From Oculina patagonica (taxonomy: Eukaryota): a DNA stretch of 64,000 nucleotides. The position numbers were made by a program, and so were the translations under genes. The stretch covers positions 31,310,001 to 31,374,000 of the forward strand of contig NC_135758.1 of the NCBI RefSeq assembly GCF_052425735.1. The letters are read 5' to 3'. The notes under the pieces were generated by a model, which saw only the letters and a program-made list of their open reading frames with translations, searched no databases and was not told the origin of the DNA. Below are positions 1 to 12,569 of this stretch, one piece after another. Each line of letters opens with the position of its first letter. Position 1 is the first letter of the stretch.

Positions 1-185
1 GAGCGAAATAACATGCGAAAGTAATCTTCCAACCAAGGTATAGTACTTTTAAAATGTTGATTTCACAGGGAGACTTTCTCGCACTTAAAAATATTTCCGG
101 TCAGTCTGATGTGTTTTTTTTGCGGTGTAGCTCGGTGTGAGTACAACTTTACCACCTTGTTTTTCTTCAGGGTCGGCCAGGGTTA

Positions 186-190
186 GATAA

Positions 191-242
<52 letters not shown>

Positions 243-2724
243 GGACTATCTACCTATCTAACTAACTACAAAAATTTAATAACAACAAATTCAAAATAAC
301 AAAAGAAAAGTCTGCTTTTCATGGAGGCCGTGTCTAAAATTTACTTAAAATTTAGATATTACTTCAAACTGTGCCGACTTAATTTAGATTTGAAATCGGC
401 CAGTGAAGATGCTTGTCTTAGGTCTACAGGTAAGTTGTTCCACAACTGAGCAGTCCACTGTATGAAAAACTTTTCTTGAGATAATCAGTTCGAGGTTGTT
501 GAAGAACGAATTTGTTTTCGGTATTCCTTAAACGATAAGCACTAACATCGTCACGATATACGAATCTTGATCTCAGATAATCAGGAGTCATACCATGTAA
601 TGTTTTATACATTAGGATAGAGTTCTGTTTCAATCTTTGATAATAGAGTCTTCTCCACCCCAGTGTCCGGAACAAATCATTTAAATTACTATCATAGCTC
701 GCAGACATTAGGGTACGAGCTGCGCGGTTTTGAAGCCTTTGCAGTTTTTCAGCAAGGCCCTTGTTACAGCTTCCCCACACTACGTTGCAATAATCAAATT
801 GTGGTTGAATAAGGCTATTATAAATTTTGATTAAAATATTAAATGGAGTGAGATGCCGAATTCGTTTAATTGCACCAATGGCACAAGCTATCTTCTTAGA
901 AATGTTTTCAATATGACACTCCCAGTTTATATTTTGATCAACATAAACTCCGAGGGATTTAGCAGAGGTTTCTTGTTCTATTGCGTTCTCATTTATAGTA
1001 AGAGAGGGACTTTTCATAAATTGTGATAACTTCTGCCTTGATGCAATAAGCATAAACTCAGTTTTCGTCATATTTAGAGTAAGCTTGTTAGCAGACAGCC
1101 ATTCGTACACATTTCTCAGGTCGTGATTAAGGCGATAATTTATATGCTCAATGTCAGTGCTAGCAAGTGTTAGGCTAGTATTATCTGCGTACATTCTGGG
1201 TTCCGAATATGTCCGACAGTGTGGTAAGTCATTAATATATATCAAAAACAGAAGAAGTCCCAAAATTGTTCCCTGGGGAACACCACATCTTAGACATTTC
1301 GGAGTTGACTTACAAGAATTAATATGACAAATCTGTGTTCGATTATCTAAATAAGAAGCAAAGCATTGATGACTGGTTCAACAATTCCCATAGTATTGCA
1401 ATTTTCGCAACAAAATATCGTGATCTACTGTATCAAATGCCTTTTTGAGATCTAAAAAGACTACGGCATTAACAAGACCACGGTCTATATCCAAGGCCCA
1501 GCTATCTGTTGCTTCGATAAGTGCAGTGAGCGTAGAATGCAGAGACCGAAAACCAGATTGGTGGCACGAGAGAAAGTTGTTTTTTGTTAAATAATGATAA
1601 AGTTGATCGTAAATTATCCGTTCAAAGACTTTGGCCACAACTGGAATTACTGATATTGGCCGATAATTCGTCGGATCAGAACGCTTCCCAGAATTTTTAT
1701 ACAATGGAGTGACTCTGGCAGATTTCCACTCATCGGGAAAGATACCCGTCATTAGGGATTGATTAAATATATGAGTGAGAGATTCCGCCAGTAAATCAGG
1801 ACATTCCCTTAGAAGTTTCGCTGAAATATTATCTAATCCTGTTGCCTTTGACCTACAAAGCTTTGATAGTAGTGCAAAATCACGTGTAGGTGTTGTTTTT
1901 TCAAAAACAAAATTTTTATCAGTTGCGGTAAGAAATTCGTCGAAGGATTTATCAACTTCTGTTACGTCTCCACTAAGGCCTGGCCCAACTTCTGTGAAAA
2001 AGCAGTTTAGCATTTCTGCTATATCTGTTTGAACTTCAGATTTTACCCCACTATATTCCATTTCATTAATAGCAGTTTTATTGGATTTTCGTGAGGTCAG
2101 TTCATTGATTGTTTTCCATGTTTTCCTTTGATCCCCACAACAATTGTTGAAGGCATTTTCATAATACGCTTTTTTAGCGCTGTTAATTTCCCAATTCACT
2201 TGATTTTTAACCATTCAAAATTGGTTCCAAATAAATGGATCCTTTGTCTTAATAGCCTTTCTTTTGAGGCGGTTTCTGAAATTCATCCGCTTTTTTAAAA
2301 TAGTGGTTATCCATGGTGATTTAGAATCTCGTGTCCGTTTGGTCTTCATCGGTGCGTGCTTTTCACATACATTCAGGAATAATTCTTTCCACCTCCTCCA
2401 CATATCATTAGGATCATACAATTTCTTTATATCATCCCAGGGTTGGGCTAAAATATCCGCATAGAAATTTGCGCTATTAAAATGTTTAAACTGTCTATAT
2501 GTTATCAAGTTAACTCCTTTGGAGAAAGTGGGAATTGAAATTTTTCGATATGCATAAACTAAACTGTGATCACTTACATTCTCTGCCCGATTTGTGAAAA
2601 TCAGATCAATTAAAGTACTTGTAGTAGGTGTAATTCTGGTAGGTTCATTAATGAGTTGTTCCAATCCATAAATATCTGTTATGTTAAGAAGAGCTTTCAC
2701 ATTAGCATTGTCTTTGGATTGCAA
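186..2724 (-). mobile_element. CR1/L2-group non-LTR retrotransposon ORF2 (reverse transcriptase; endonuclease mostly deleted), frameshifted, with (TTATC)n 3' tail
   Basis: ORFs 2215-2724, 1378-2214 and 424-1263 carry NYRPIS, QSGFR, FLDLKKAFDTVDH, LLFLIYINDLP and YADN (degenerate YADD). A GATAA microsatellite tail lies at ~186-200. Confidence 0.93.
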
Positions 2725-2729
2725 TACCT

Positions 2730-5700
2730 TTCTTGTTAAGGTGGAGTTTGTAATTGTTCAGACATGTTTCGTCGATGTTCAAGTGTTCGACAAAGCCCCA
2801 GCCATTTTGATTACAAAATGTTTTTAAAACTTTGTTGCAGTCCTTTACTTTCTTCTTTGTGTGATTGCAGAAATGGTTACACTAGTGTTAGGAGAGTTTG
2901 TAGCAATCATATTTCCTAGGTCGACGATTTCCTCCGCCACATTCCGAGCAGAGGATGAATTTTTCAGATCATTTGTTCCGACATGGAGGATTATCGCCTT
3001 CGATTTTGTAGCCAAGCTTGGTTGCAGATAATGCTTCATGTCTGTGGTTGTAGCACCAGGGAAACTTCTCACAGTTACGCGCCGTTTAGCTGCCCGACTT
3101 AATAAGTCCTTGCGTAAACCTTTGACAATCGAATCTCCAACAATGATTGTGCCTTCATTGGGTTTTTGCTCCCCTTGGTCGTTCTCACTAGTATCGTTGT
3201 TTTCTGTTTGTAGTTGCTGGTTCTGGGAACTAGCTTTGCCTTTCTTTTTCTTCTTCCCTCGTTTAGGGTTATTGGACTTGTTTGATTTAACGGGTTGCAA
3301 GTCATCAGAAGCAGCTTGTTTATCGTGTGATCCTAACGAATCTTCGGCGGAAGCAGGTTGTGGATCGTGTGATCCTGACGATTGATCAGAAGAAAGTATT
3401 TTGATTGCTTCAAGGAGGCTAGCCCTTTCTTTCTCAAGATGGTCAATGGTAGATTCATAAGTTGTGCATTTGAGCCGCAGTTCGTCTAGTTCTCAGGGGA
3501 ACCCAACGGAATATTTCGTTAAAATATCTGTTCGGAAGACGATTTGAGATCTAGAATTTTCGGAACATTCATTGTAAATTTTTTTGCTTGCCTGCCTTTC
3601 CTAGGATTTTCGAATATCTAAAAAATGGTATAATTGTTCATTTTTAACGGATTTTAACTCTAAAAAGGTCACCTAGAATTTTCGGGAGCCCTTCTCTGGC
3701 TGAATTTTTTCGAAAAGGTAAGTTTTGATCCCTTTAACTTTGATCACTAGACTTTCAGCTAGGAAATCCGAACAGATAAAAAATTTTTAGGGGATATATA
3801 TCTACCGTTTAAATACTAAAATACGTTCAACGGTGCTATCTTTAAGTGGTTTTGAACTATATTCTCGATGGGTGCCCCTGAGTTCTTGTTGTAGTGGCCG
3901 TAATCCGTCTCTATTAGTTAGACTGGATTTAATGCCGCTTATTTCGGACCAGACCTTTGCAATTTCTTTAGAGAATTTCTCACTCAAGTTGTTAATTAGT
4001 ACTTCGCCAGAGTTGAGGGCATGTTGAGCGTGTTTGAATGATTCGCTTTCGCTCTCGCTTTCATTCTTGTTGTCGTTCTCGCCCAGAGCAACTTCATCAA
4101 CTTCAAAATTCAAAGTTGGTTTTGAGGTATACGGTATACGGTATACAGGGGAATTTAAAATGGGATATACAGTGTTTTTACACTGAACTTGGGCATTTTG
4201 GGGTATAAAGTATACTGTGTTTTTCCAAAGTTTTGTATTTTGCATGATTTGGAGGGAAAATATTGGGTATAATTTATTGGGTACAGGTTTCTCGAGTATA
4301 TTGGCTAGGTCGACGATTTTCTCCGCCACATTCCGAGCAGAGGATGAATTTTTCAGATCATTTGTTCCGACATGGAGGATTATCGCCTTCGATTTTGTAG
4401 CCAAGCTTGGTTGCAGATAATGCTTCATGTCTGTGGTTGTAGCACCAGGGAAACTTCTCACAGTTACGCGCCGTTTAGCTGCCCGACTTAATAAGTCCTT
4501 GCGTAAACCTTTGACAATCGAATCTCCAACAATGATTGTGCCTTCATTGGGTTTTTGCTCCCCTTGGTCGTTCTCACTAGTATCGTTGTTTTCTGTTTGT
4601 AATTGCTGGTTCTGGGAACTAGCTTTGCCTTTCTTTTTCTTCTTCCCTCGTTTAGGGTTATTGGACTTGTTTGATTTAACGGGTTGCCAGTCGTCAGAAG
4701 CAGGTTGTTTATCGTGTGATCCTAACGAATCTTCGGCGGAAGCAGGTTGTTTATCGTATGATCCTTACGAATCTTCGGCGGAAGCAGGTTGTGGATCGTG
4801 TGATCCTGACGATTGATCAGAAGAAAGTATTTTGATTACTTCAAGGAGGCTAGCCCTTTCTTTCTCAAAATGGTCAATGGTAGATTCATATAAGTTGTGC
4901 ATTTGAGCCGCAGTTCGTCTAGTTCTTGTTGTAGTGGCCGTAATCCGTCTCTATTAGTTAGACTGGATTTAATGCCGCTTATTTCGGACCAGACCTTTGC
5001 AATTTCTTTAGAGAATTTCTCACTCAAGTTGTTAATTAGTACTTCGCCAGTGTTGAGGGCATGTTGAGCGTGTTCGAATGATTCGCTTTCGCTTTCGCTC
5101 TCGCTTACATTCTTGTTGTCGTTCTCGCCCAGAGCAACTTCATCAACTTCAAAATTCAAAGTTCAGAATTCAAAGTTGGTTTTGAGGTATACGGTATACG
5201 GTATACAGGGGAATTTAAAATAGGATATACAGTGTTTTTACACTGAACTTGGACATTTTTGGGTATAAAGTATACTGTGTTTTTCCAAAATTTTGTATTT
5301 TGCATGATTTGGAGGGAAAATATTGGGTATAATTTATTGGGTACAGGTTTCTCGAGTATATTGGCTAGGTCGACGATTTTCTCCGCCACATTCCGAGCAG
5401 AGGATGATTTTTTTCAGATCATTTGTTCCGACATGGAGGATTATCGCCTTCGGTTTTGTAGCCAAGCTTGGTTGCAGATAATGGTAGATGGTCAATGGTA
5501 GATTCATAAGTTGTGCATTTAAGCCGCAGTTCGTCTAGTTCTTGTTGTAGTGGCCGTAATCCGTCTCTATTAGTTAGACTGGATTTAATGCCGCTTATTT
5601 CGGACCAGACCTTTGCAATTTCTTTAGAGAATTTCTCACTCAAGTTGTTAATTAGTACTTCGCCAGTGTTGAGGGCATGTTGAGCGTGTTTGAATGATTC

Positions 5701-6417
5701 GCTTTCGCTCTCGCTTTCATTCTTGTTGTCGTTCTCGCCCAGAGCAACTTCATCAACTTCAAAATTCAAAGTTGGTTTTGAGGTATACGGTATACGGTAT
5801 ACAGGGGAATTTAAAATGGGATATACAGTGTTTTTACACTGAACTTGGGCATTTTGGGGTATAAAGTATACTGTGTTTTTCCAAAATTTTGTATTTTGCA
5901 TGAATTGGAGGGAAAATATTGGGTATAATTTATTGGGTACAGGTTTCTCGAGTATATTTCCTAGGTCGACGATTTTCTCCGCCACATTCCGAGCAGAGGA
6001 TGAATTTTTCAGATCATTTGTTCCGACATGGAGGATTATCGCCTTCGATTTTGTAGCCAAGCTTGGTTGCAGATAATGCTTCATGTCTGTGGTTGTAGCA
6101 CCAGGGAAACTTCTCACAGTAACGCGCCGTTTAGCTGCCCGACTTAATAAGTCCTTGCGTAAACCTTTGACAATCGAATCTCCAACAATGATTGTGCCTT
6201 CATTGGGTTTTTGCTCCCCTTGGTCGTTCTCACTAGTATCGTTGTTTTCTGTTTGTAGTTGCTGGTTCTGGGAACTAGCTTTGCCTTTCTTTTTCGTCTT
6301 CCCTCGTTTAGGGTAATTGGACTTGTTTGATTTAACGGGTTGCCATTCGCTTTCGCTGTCATTCTTGTTCTCGTTCTCGCCCAGAGCAACTTCATCAACT
6401 TCAAAATTCAAAGTTCA
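2730..6417 (-). mobile_element. ORF1 of the same LINE (coiled coil plus SGNH/GDSL esterase-like domain), present as four scrambled tandem pieces
   Basis: IIVGDSIVK, VRSFPGATT and ILHVGTNDL are SGNH blocks typical of CR1-type ORF1. They repeat at ~2845, ~4305, ~5365 and ~5955. Confidence 0.85.
3494..3880. mobile_element. MITE with CAGGGG(A/C)ACCCA termini inserted in LINE ORF1
   Basis: TIR caggggaaccca / tgggtgcccctg; AGTTCT duplicated on both sides; empty site seen in the repeated copies at ~4920 and ~5537. Confidence 0.85.
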
Positions 6418-7380
6418 GAGTTGGTTTTGAGGTATACGGTATACGGTATACAGGGGAATTTAAAATAGGATATACAGTGTTTTTACACTGAACTTGGGCA
6501 TTTTTGGGTATAAAGTATACTGCGTTTTTGCAAAATTTTGTATTTTGCATGATTTGGAAGGAAAATATTGGTTTAATTTATTGGGTACAGGTTTTTCAAG
6601 TATATTGGGTATACCACTTCCCCCTTCCCCCCCCCCCCCACCCCCTCTCCTTCACTAACCCCGTTTGATAGACTACCAGCGTTCTCTCTTTCTTCTTAGT
6701 CCGTCGAGTTTGAAGCGAAAAAGAGCGCGGGTGGAAAAATCTCGCCCCAATATTTTTCATTGACATTTCCTTCTTGCGCTTTATTCTAAGCTTCACACAG
6801 AAGGACTGCTCGCAGTCTATGTTTTTTCAGGGACGACGGAACATTTTTCCACAATGGGGGGGGGGGGGACTGTCTAGTGACTTGAAGTTAGGAGGGGGAC
6901 TTAAGAGACTTATCTCTTAGTAAGTCTATATTTTTTTCGGAAATATTGGGGGGTAGGCTGAAGCTCCAGCCCCCTCCCAGCTCCGCCGTCCCTGTTTGGA
7001 TTGTGATACAAGCAGAAGGCAAAAAACACGCACAGAAGAACAACCTGCTTCTGTCTAACAAACAAGCGGCATGTTTTACAAAATAGTGTCATTTCCTCTT
7101 CATAATTAGGGCTAGCTTGCGTTTCACTATGCTGACTTCAGAAATCATGGGTACTCTTATCAAAATAAAACCTAGTGCGATTAAATAACTTTGAATTAAG
7201 CGAGCATAACAACATTTCCGGCGTTAAAGTTATCTTTGCTATTTGGTAAAAGGATTTTAAGCGGACCCCACAGTCTGCCTAATGAGATCTAATGTCCGGT
7301 TTATGTTCTGTGGAATGACCCAAAGTACGTAGCACAAATTCCAAAACATCTATTACTTGAAAACTTTGCTGACTCATGAA

Positions 7381-7779
7381 CAGGGGCACCCAACGGACCA
7401 TTTCCGGCGGTGAATATGTGTTCAGAAGGCCTGTTAACCCCTCAGATTTCTTTAGTTAAATGTCACTTCGAACCTTCGTTATATGGGAGATATAACACCT
7501 GTTGTTTTCGGAGAGGTAAAAATGTTAATTGGGAACGGGAAAACGCCAACTACGATTTTCGGAAAGATAACTGTTTTAACAGCTCTCAAATTTGGGTAAC
7601 GGGATATTGTTCCTTAAAGTTTCGCCACTCAACTTCATATAATATTGAGCTAGAAAATCTAAAGATATTAGACTGTATTGCTTATGCAAATATCCCTTTA
7701 AAAATCTCTAAACAATACGGGAAAACAGAACAGCGGCATTTTAAGACTTTTGACTGAATTTCCTCGTTGGTTAGTCCTG
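7381..7779. mobile_element. MITE of the CAGGGGCACCCA family, predating the segmental duplication (paralogue at ~26202-26593)
   Basis: caggggcacccaacg ... cgttgggtgctcctg termini (cleaner in copy 2); ~7-bp tcatgat-like TSD. Confidence 0.7.
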
Positions 7780-7944
7780 TCATGATCGGTCATGACTACT
7801 TAATATGTTATTACCGTTTTGGGTGTTATATTGGTTATTTTTTCTCCTAGCAATATAAAAGAACACGATCTGGATTTTGACGCTTTTTCTTTTGAAAACT
7901 TTTCTTAAAGGACTCTTTAAGAATATATTTTGCCTTTTCTACAG

Positions 7945-9101
7945 AACTCAAATGCAAAGGCCGGACACCACCAGCGCATGGCAGGCTGGACTGTCAAGAA
8001 GACCTAAACACTCAGAAAGTTTCTTGTCGTATGTCATGTGACCCGGGCTATGACGTTGAATACCTCGCAGCCATGCGTTACGTATGCAATCCTGACGGCA
8101 CATGGACCCCTGAACCATCATCCGCGGACTCACATTGGCCAAACTGTAAAATATACAGGTAGGTTACCTTCCTCTTACTAATTTCAATGAATTAGCAGCC
8201 AGACTATATTAAATTCCTTTATTACGCTTTTCAGAGATCTTGTCCGTCCATAGCTGGTGTAAGCAACAAAATTGAATAAAAAAACGTTCATTGGAATGGA
8301 AAGCTACGAGATTTGTTTTAAATTATGAACTGATGATTCCCGAAAACGTTATTGTAAGCTGGATCTTTTAGTCCTGTAGTATCGTTGAGAGATTTTTAAT
8401 CTGTGTGTTTTTCTCCAAGTGTTTGTTGGAAACTACGATATTGACATTTTTGAGTATGCTTATTTTGAAGATTTTGAGTATTCTTGTTTACAATTCCGAT
8501 TTTATTCCAGCTAAGGCCCATCATTATTTTTGTGGAGTTTTCTTTTTTTTTATTTGTTTGTTTGTTTGTTTATTTTTTATGATTGGCCTTTTTGTAGAAT
8601 GGCTGAATGAGTTCAATTCCACGCCGTTTGGCGGAATTGGAAATTGAGATTATGGTCTTGCCCTTTAGGAATGGATCTTACTGCTGAGTGACAAACTTGG
8701 CCACCCAGTCCCTTGGCATTCCGGCTCGGCTCAGAGTAGTCTAGGTTCGACCCTGATCGGTGACGTCACCAAAGAGCACTCCCGTCCCAGGCTTTGCGCG
8801 GTCACCGAAACAAGAGAGAACGCCTAGGGACTTGGCTGATACAGTGGAACCCCGATATAACGATATGCCAAGGGGGCAGTAAAATTATATCGTTATATCG
8901 AGGAATCGTTATATCGGGGTTTCGTCCCATACATTTTACTTTTGCCGGGACATAACATATTCATCGTTATATCGGGAATATCGTTATATCGAAGATCGTT
9001 ATATCGGGGTTCCACTGTACTGGGAGCTTCCTTTATTTTTCTGTTTATAACTGACACATCATTCTTTGTTCTTTTTCAGCCGTGGAGAACCGGTACCCTG
9101 A
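7945..9101 (+). CDS. Small Sushi/CCP-like protein, copy 1: exons 7945-8158 and 9080-9101 (signal-peptide exon presumably upstream of the window)
   Basis: AG/GT-bounded 214-nt exon encodes LKCKGRTPPAHGRLDCQEDLNTQKVSCRMSCDPGYDVEYLAAMRYVCNPDGTWTPEPSSADSHWPNCKIY, joined to SRGEPVP*. AATAAA at ~9220 and ~9235. Frame is conserved with copy 2. Confidence 0.8.
8842..9017. mobile_element. Tc1/mariner-type MITE
   Basis: TIR cagtggaaccccgatataacgat with TA TSD; absent at the paralogous site (~31930). Confidence 0.9.
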
Positions 9102-9763
9102 ATGAGACTGTATCACGTGACGAGATGCTTGATAACCAAGCATCGCAAACACAGTAAAACCTCAGTGACAACTTTCAAGAAAAAGAAAGAAATGCTTTAG
9201 TAATGTAATGTTGTAAACGAATAAACTGCGGAGAAATAAATAATTTAGTGGGAATCGCTAAATTGATGTTTTTGTTTTCGCGCGCTGTGTTAATAACGCT
9301 ATGCGAAGAATTAATGCCGTTACTCATGTTATTCATTCCTGCATATTACCTTTAGATTACTGTATACTTTTTGTGTAAAGGTATAGCAGAACTGAGAAAG
9401 ATCTAAATTAAGGCGAAAAAGATGTCCTTTATTTCACGTGATCAATTTTCATTTTGAAAGTGGTAATCAACAGACATGAGGGCAAATTAAATCTGCAGTT
9501 CATAGCTGAGTTTTGTCCTTCAGTATGCATTCAATGTTTCGTGAATTTCTTGTCACAGTCGCTTTTTAGCAACGTTGTGAGGTTTTAACGCGCACGTAAC
9601 ATTGTGTAACCTTGTTTTGCAATGTTTTGTTGGTGATCGCTTCGGACACATCCTTATTTTGTGCTGTCCAAAAAATTTAGCTGCCTCCGGTTTGTAACCA
9701 ACCAGTAAACGACCTGAAAACCGTACTGTACCATTTCATAACGCCTTTTGAGTTGACTTTGGT

Positions 9764-10390
9764 TCAATCATCAAATAACGTTTCTGATTTGTCTTGAGAT
9801 ACCGTTTCTGACTTGAGTAGATCTTTTAAGTTCTCATACTCCAAGCCACTTGCATTTCCGTCTATTTTTAAAAATGCGTAAATGACGTCCTTAACCCTGC
9901 GTGGTACATAAAGACCCACAAAGTAATGGAAAGCCGTTTCAGCGGGCTCTGCCATATTAGAAAGAGAATCTTGCAGGTAACCCACAGCCCACCAACAGGC
10001 GACCAAACATGCAGTCGAGGCTGCCGCGCAACACAGAGGCACCGAGAGGACTAGGACTAGAGCAAACAGCCCCGCGCCCACGAGCGAGGACTCGGCCATG
10101 ACAAACACAACAAACGAAATGAGAAATGTAGCAAAGACAAATCCCAGGAATACCATGCAAGGTACGGAGCCAGCAAGAACTGCAGTGCTCACGAATAAGG
10201 CAGTCACCGGTCTTCGCCAGGAGAATCTGAGAAGCCATGACAGTCGCGAGCCTCGCTTGTTGATTGGTTGTTGATTCTGCCAATAGTGGAGCATCGTTTC
10301 AGGCTTGTTGTCCGGCAAATGGAATCTGACTCGTTTATGAATCAGCGTGTGAAAACTATCTTTACTATCACTGCCTTGAAGACTTTCCAT
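9764..10390 (-). CDS. LDAF1: Promethin / lipid droplet assembly factor 1 (TMEM159)-like protein, copy 1, intact single coding exon
   Basis: Long hydrophobic double-hairpin region RRPVTALFVSTAVLAGSVPCMVFLGFVFATFLISFVVFVMAESSLVGAGLFALVLVL resembles the promethin family. The likely start is MESLQG at 10390, which aligns with the copy 2 start. Confidence 0.75.
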   Translation of the reverse strand: MESLQGSDSKDSFHTLIHKRVRFHLPDNKPETMLHYWQNQQPINKRGSRLSWLLRFSWRRPVTALFVSTAVLAGSVPCMVFLGFVFATFLISFVVFVMAESSLVGAGLFALVLVLSVPLCCAAASTACLVACWWAVGYLQDSLSNMAEPAETAFHYFVGLYVPRRVKDVIYAFLKIDGNASGLEYENLKDLLKSETVSQDKSETLFDD

Positions 10391-10592
10391 TATCTTGGGG
10401 AGAAGATTGAAACGTTCAGGATATAAAATTGGCCGCATTCAATTTACTTTTTGAATTCGACATTTCCTTTTTTCATGTTCAAATAGTTTTGATCATTATT
10501 CGTTTGTCCTTTATGTGTCGTAAGCAATTTCCCCATGAAAAAGTTTCGTCATAACAAAAGTAGGTCCGCTATATACGTACATGCGACTACAC

Positions 10593-11102
10593 TAGGCATG
10601 AATAGATTGTGGTAGTAAATTCAGGAAAAGTTGCTTCACAATATACCTTAAAGTTGCTCAAATATCAAAAAGTTGCCACCAAAATTTAGAAAAGGTGCTT
10701 GCTCTAGAGTCGTTTTGTTTTAGATAAATACTCAAAACGTGTTTGTTTGTTTGTTGCCATTTAAACATTTTCATTAAATATTCTTACAATCATTAAAAGA
10801 GTCCAAAAAGCCATTGTTATATGAGAAATATAAATACTTTGTTGTAATCAAATACTCTTTAAACTCAACATAATTTCAATAATAGATAAAAAAAAAAAAA
10901 TAATAATAAAAAAATAGATAGAAAAAGATAAAAATCCCTCGAAATGAAACGACTTTTATGGTTTGGATCGGCTTTATATCAATTTGTTGCTCAAAAGTTG
11001 CCAAGGAAGGCAAAAGTTGCCCTAGGTTGCTGGTACTACAAAAAGTTGATCAAGACGCTAAAAGTTGCTCAAAAGTTGCTGAACACAATCTATTTATGCC
11101 TA
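10593..11102. mobile_element. hAT-type MITE
   Basis: TIR taggcatgaatagattgtg / cacaatctatttatgccta; perfect 8-bp TSD GACTACAC; absent in copy 2 (~33750). Confidence 0.9.
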
Positions 11103-12569
11103 GACTACACACACAAAGAGTAGTCATTTTTTTATTCTGACACTTTAATTCACCTTGGATACGTAACTAACCAAGTCAGTTTTTAGCCACAGAGAAAGAT
11201 GGTAGTGGGCACTATGATTGAAATTGCGGACCTCTGGACCCTGGAAATCTTAAAATCAAAGGCAGATAACACTGGACTTATCAAAACCCTGAATGAAAAG
11301 TGCGTAGCCTGCGCCAAGGGTGAGAAAACACGCGGAAGCAAATAATGTTTGGCCTTTTTTCCGATTGATTAAAAAACGGCTTTTTTTCCATGATAAGAGA
11401 ATGTTGTACGGTTTTTTAGTGCCCAGAAAATGTAAAATCATTTAACACACAATTGAAAAGACTGATATAAAACTAAACCAACAACAAGCAAAACTAAAAT
11501 CCATATAAATAAAGTTGAAGCAGAGACACATATTTATAGTGACTGATGGGGAACAAATAACCAAGTTTTCAGTTTTTCTTTTTCTTTTACAGCAGCTACC
11601 GTCTGTTTATGATCTATATATCGTACAAATAAATCAACCATATTACTGAGGGCAACTAAATCAAAACCAAATTGCACAATTAATTTCGAAAACTTAACAG
11701 CAGTCTAATTTTAACTTAAATCAACCTCCCTCCCCCAAAGAAGAACTCGTACCCATAGTAATCCGCATAAGCTACATATCAAATCAAAGCAAAACACTTT
11801 CGTTACCTCTAAACTGAAAACCACTTTAGACTGAGCAATAACACTGACATTTTAACCCATTGTCAGTGATCAAAATTTCTTTCATCCGATCTGCGTGACA
11901 ATTTCTCAATGTTGAAAAGACGTGAGGAACGCGCCACACCGGCACCTCTATCCTCCCTCTCCGGCCGAGATTTCTTACGATTTGATTTCTGTCATTTCTC
12001 TACTTTACACACAATGTCTAGGACCTTCTCATGGTCCTTATCTCCTAACAGGCGCATAACAAGATCCTTGAAGTGGTCTTTCGACGAATCCACCTTCTCC
12101 CTAGCTGTCTGATAGACGAGCCGATAGTACTTCTTCCTATCATGGTTGCCGTCAGCGGCTTTGTTATGCAGGGTCTCTAGCATCTCCAGAACTTCGTATT
12201 TGTTAAATTCTGACAGCGGGCGGGCCGCATAGGTCAAAATCCGTTCTACTAGATTTTCGGGTGACGCATTGGTAACCAACTCCACTGATTGCTCAATTGT
12301 CTAACCTCTTCACGCAATCTCGGTAAAGAGACAAAGAGACTCTACATCATCTCACAACTTGATGTGCAAAGCACTTAGTATTATTAACATAACACGAATA
12401 AAGCAAGCTCGCGGCGTTTCCCTAGTTCAACTAGACACCAACCGCTAGTTCGCCAACCAGCCCCACCGAATAAATCGGTTACCTCGCTTGTCGTTTGTAA
12501 ACATCCAACTGCCACACCAGCCAAAGGAAATAATACAAATAAGCGAGCTCGCAGCGTCCCCCCCTCCTT

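Noticed and set aside
8329-8348. CTGATGA...GAAA hammerhead-like core
   Set aside because: No stem II or stem I pairing, and not conserved in the duplicate copy.
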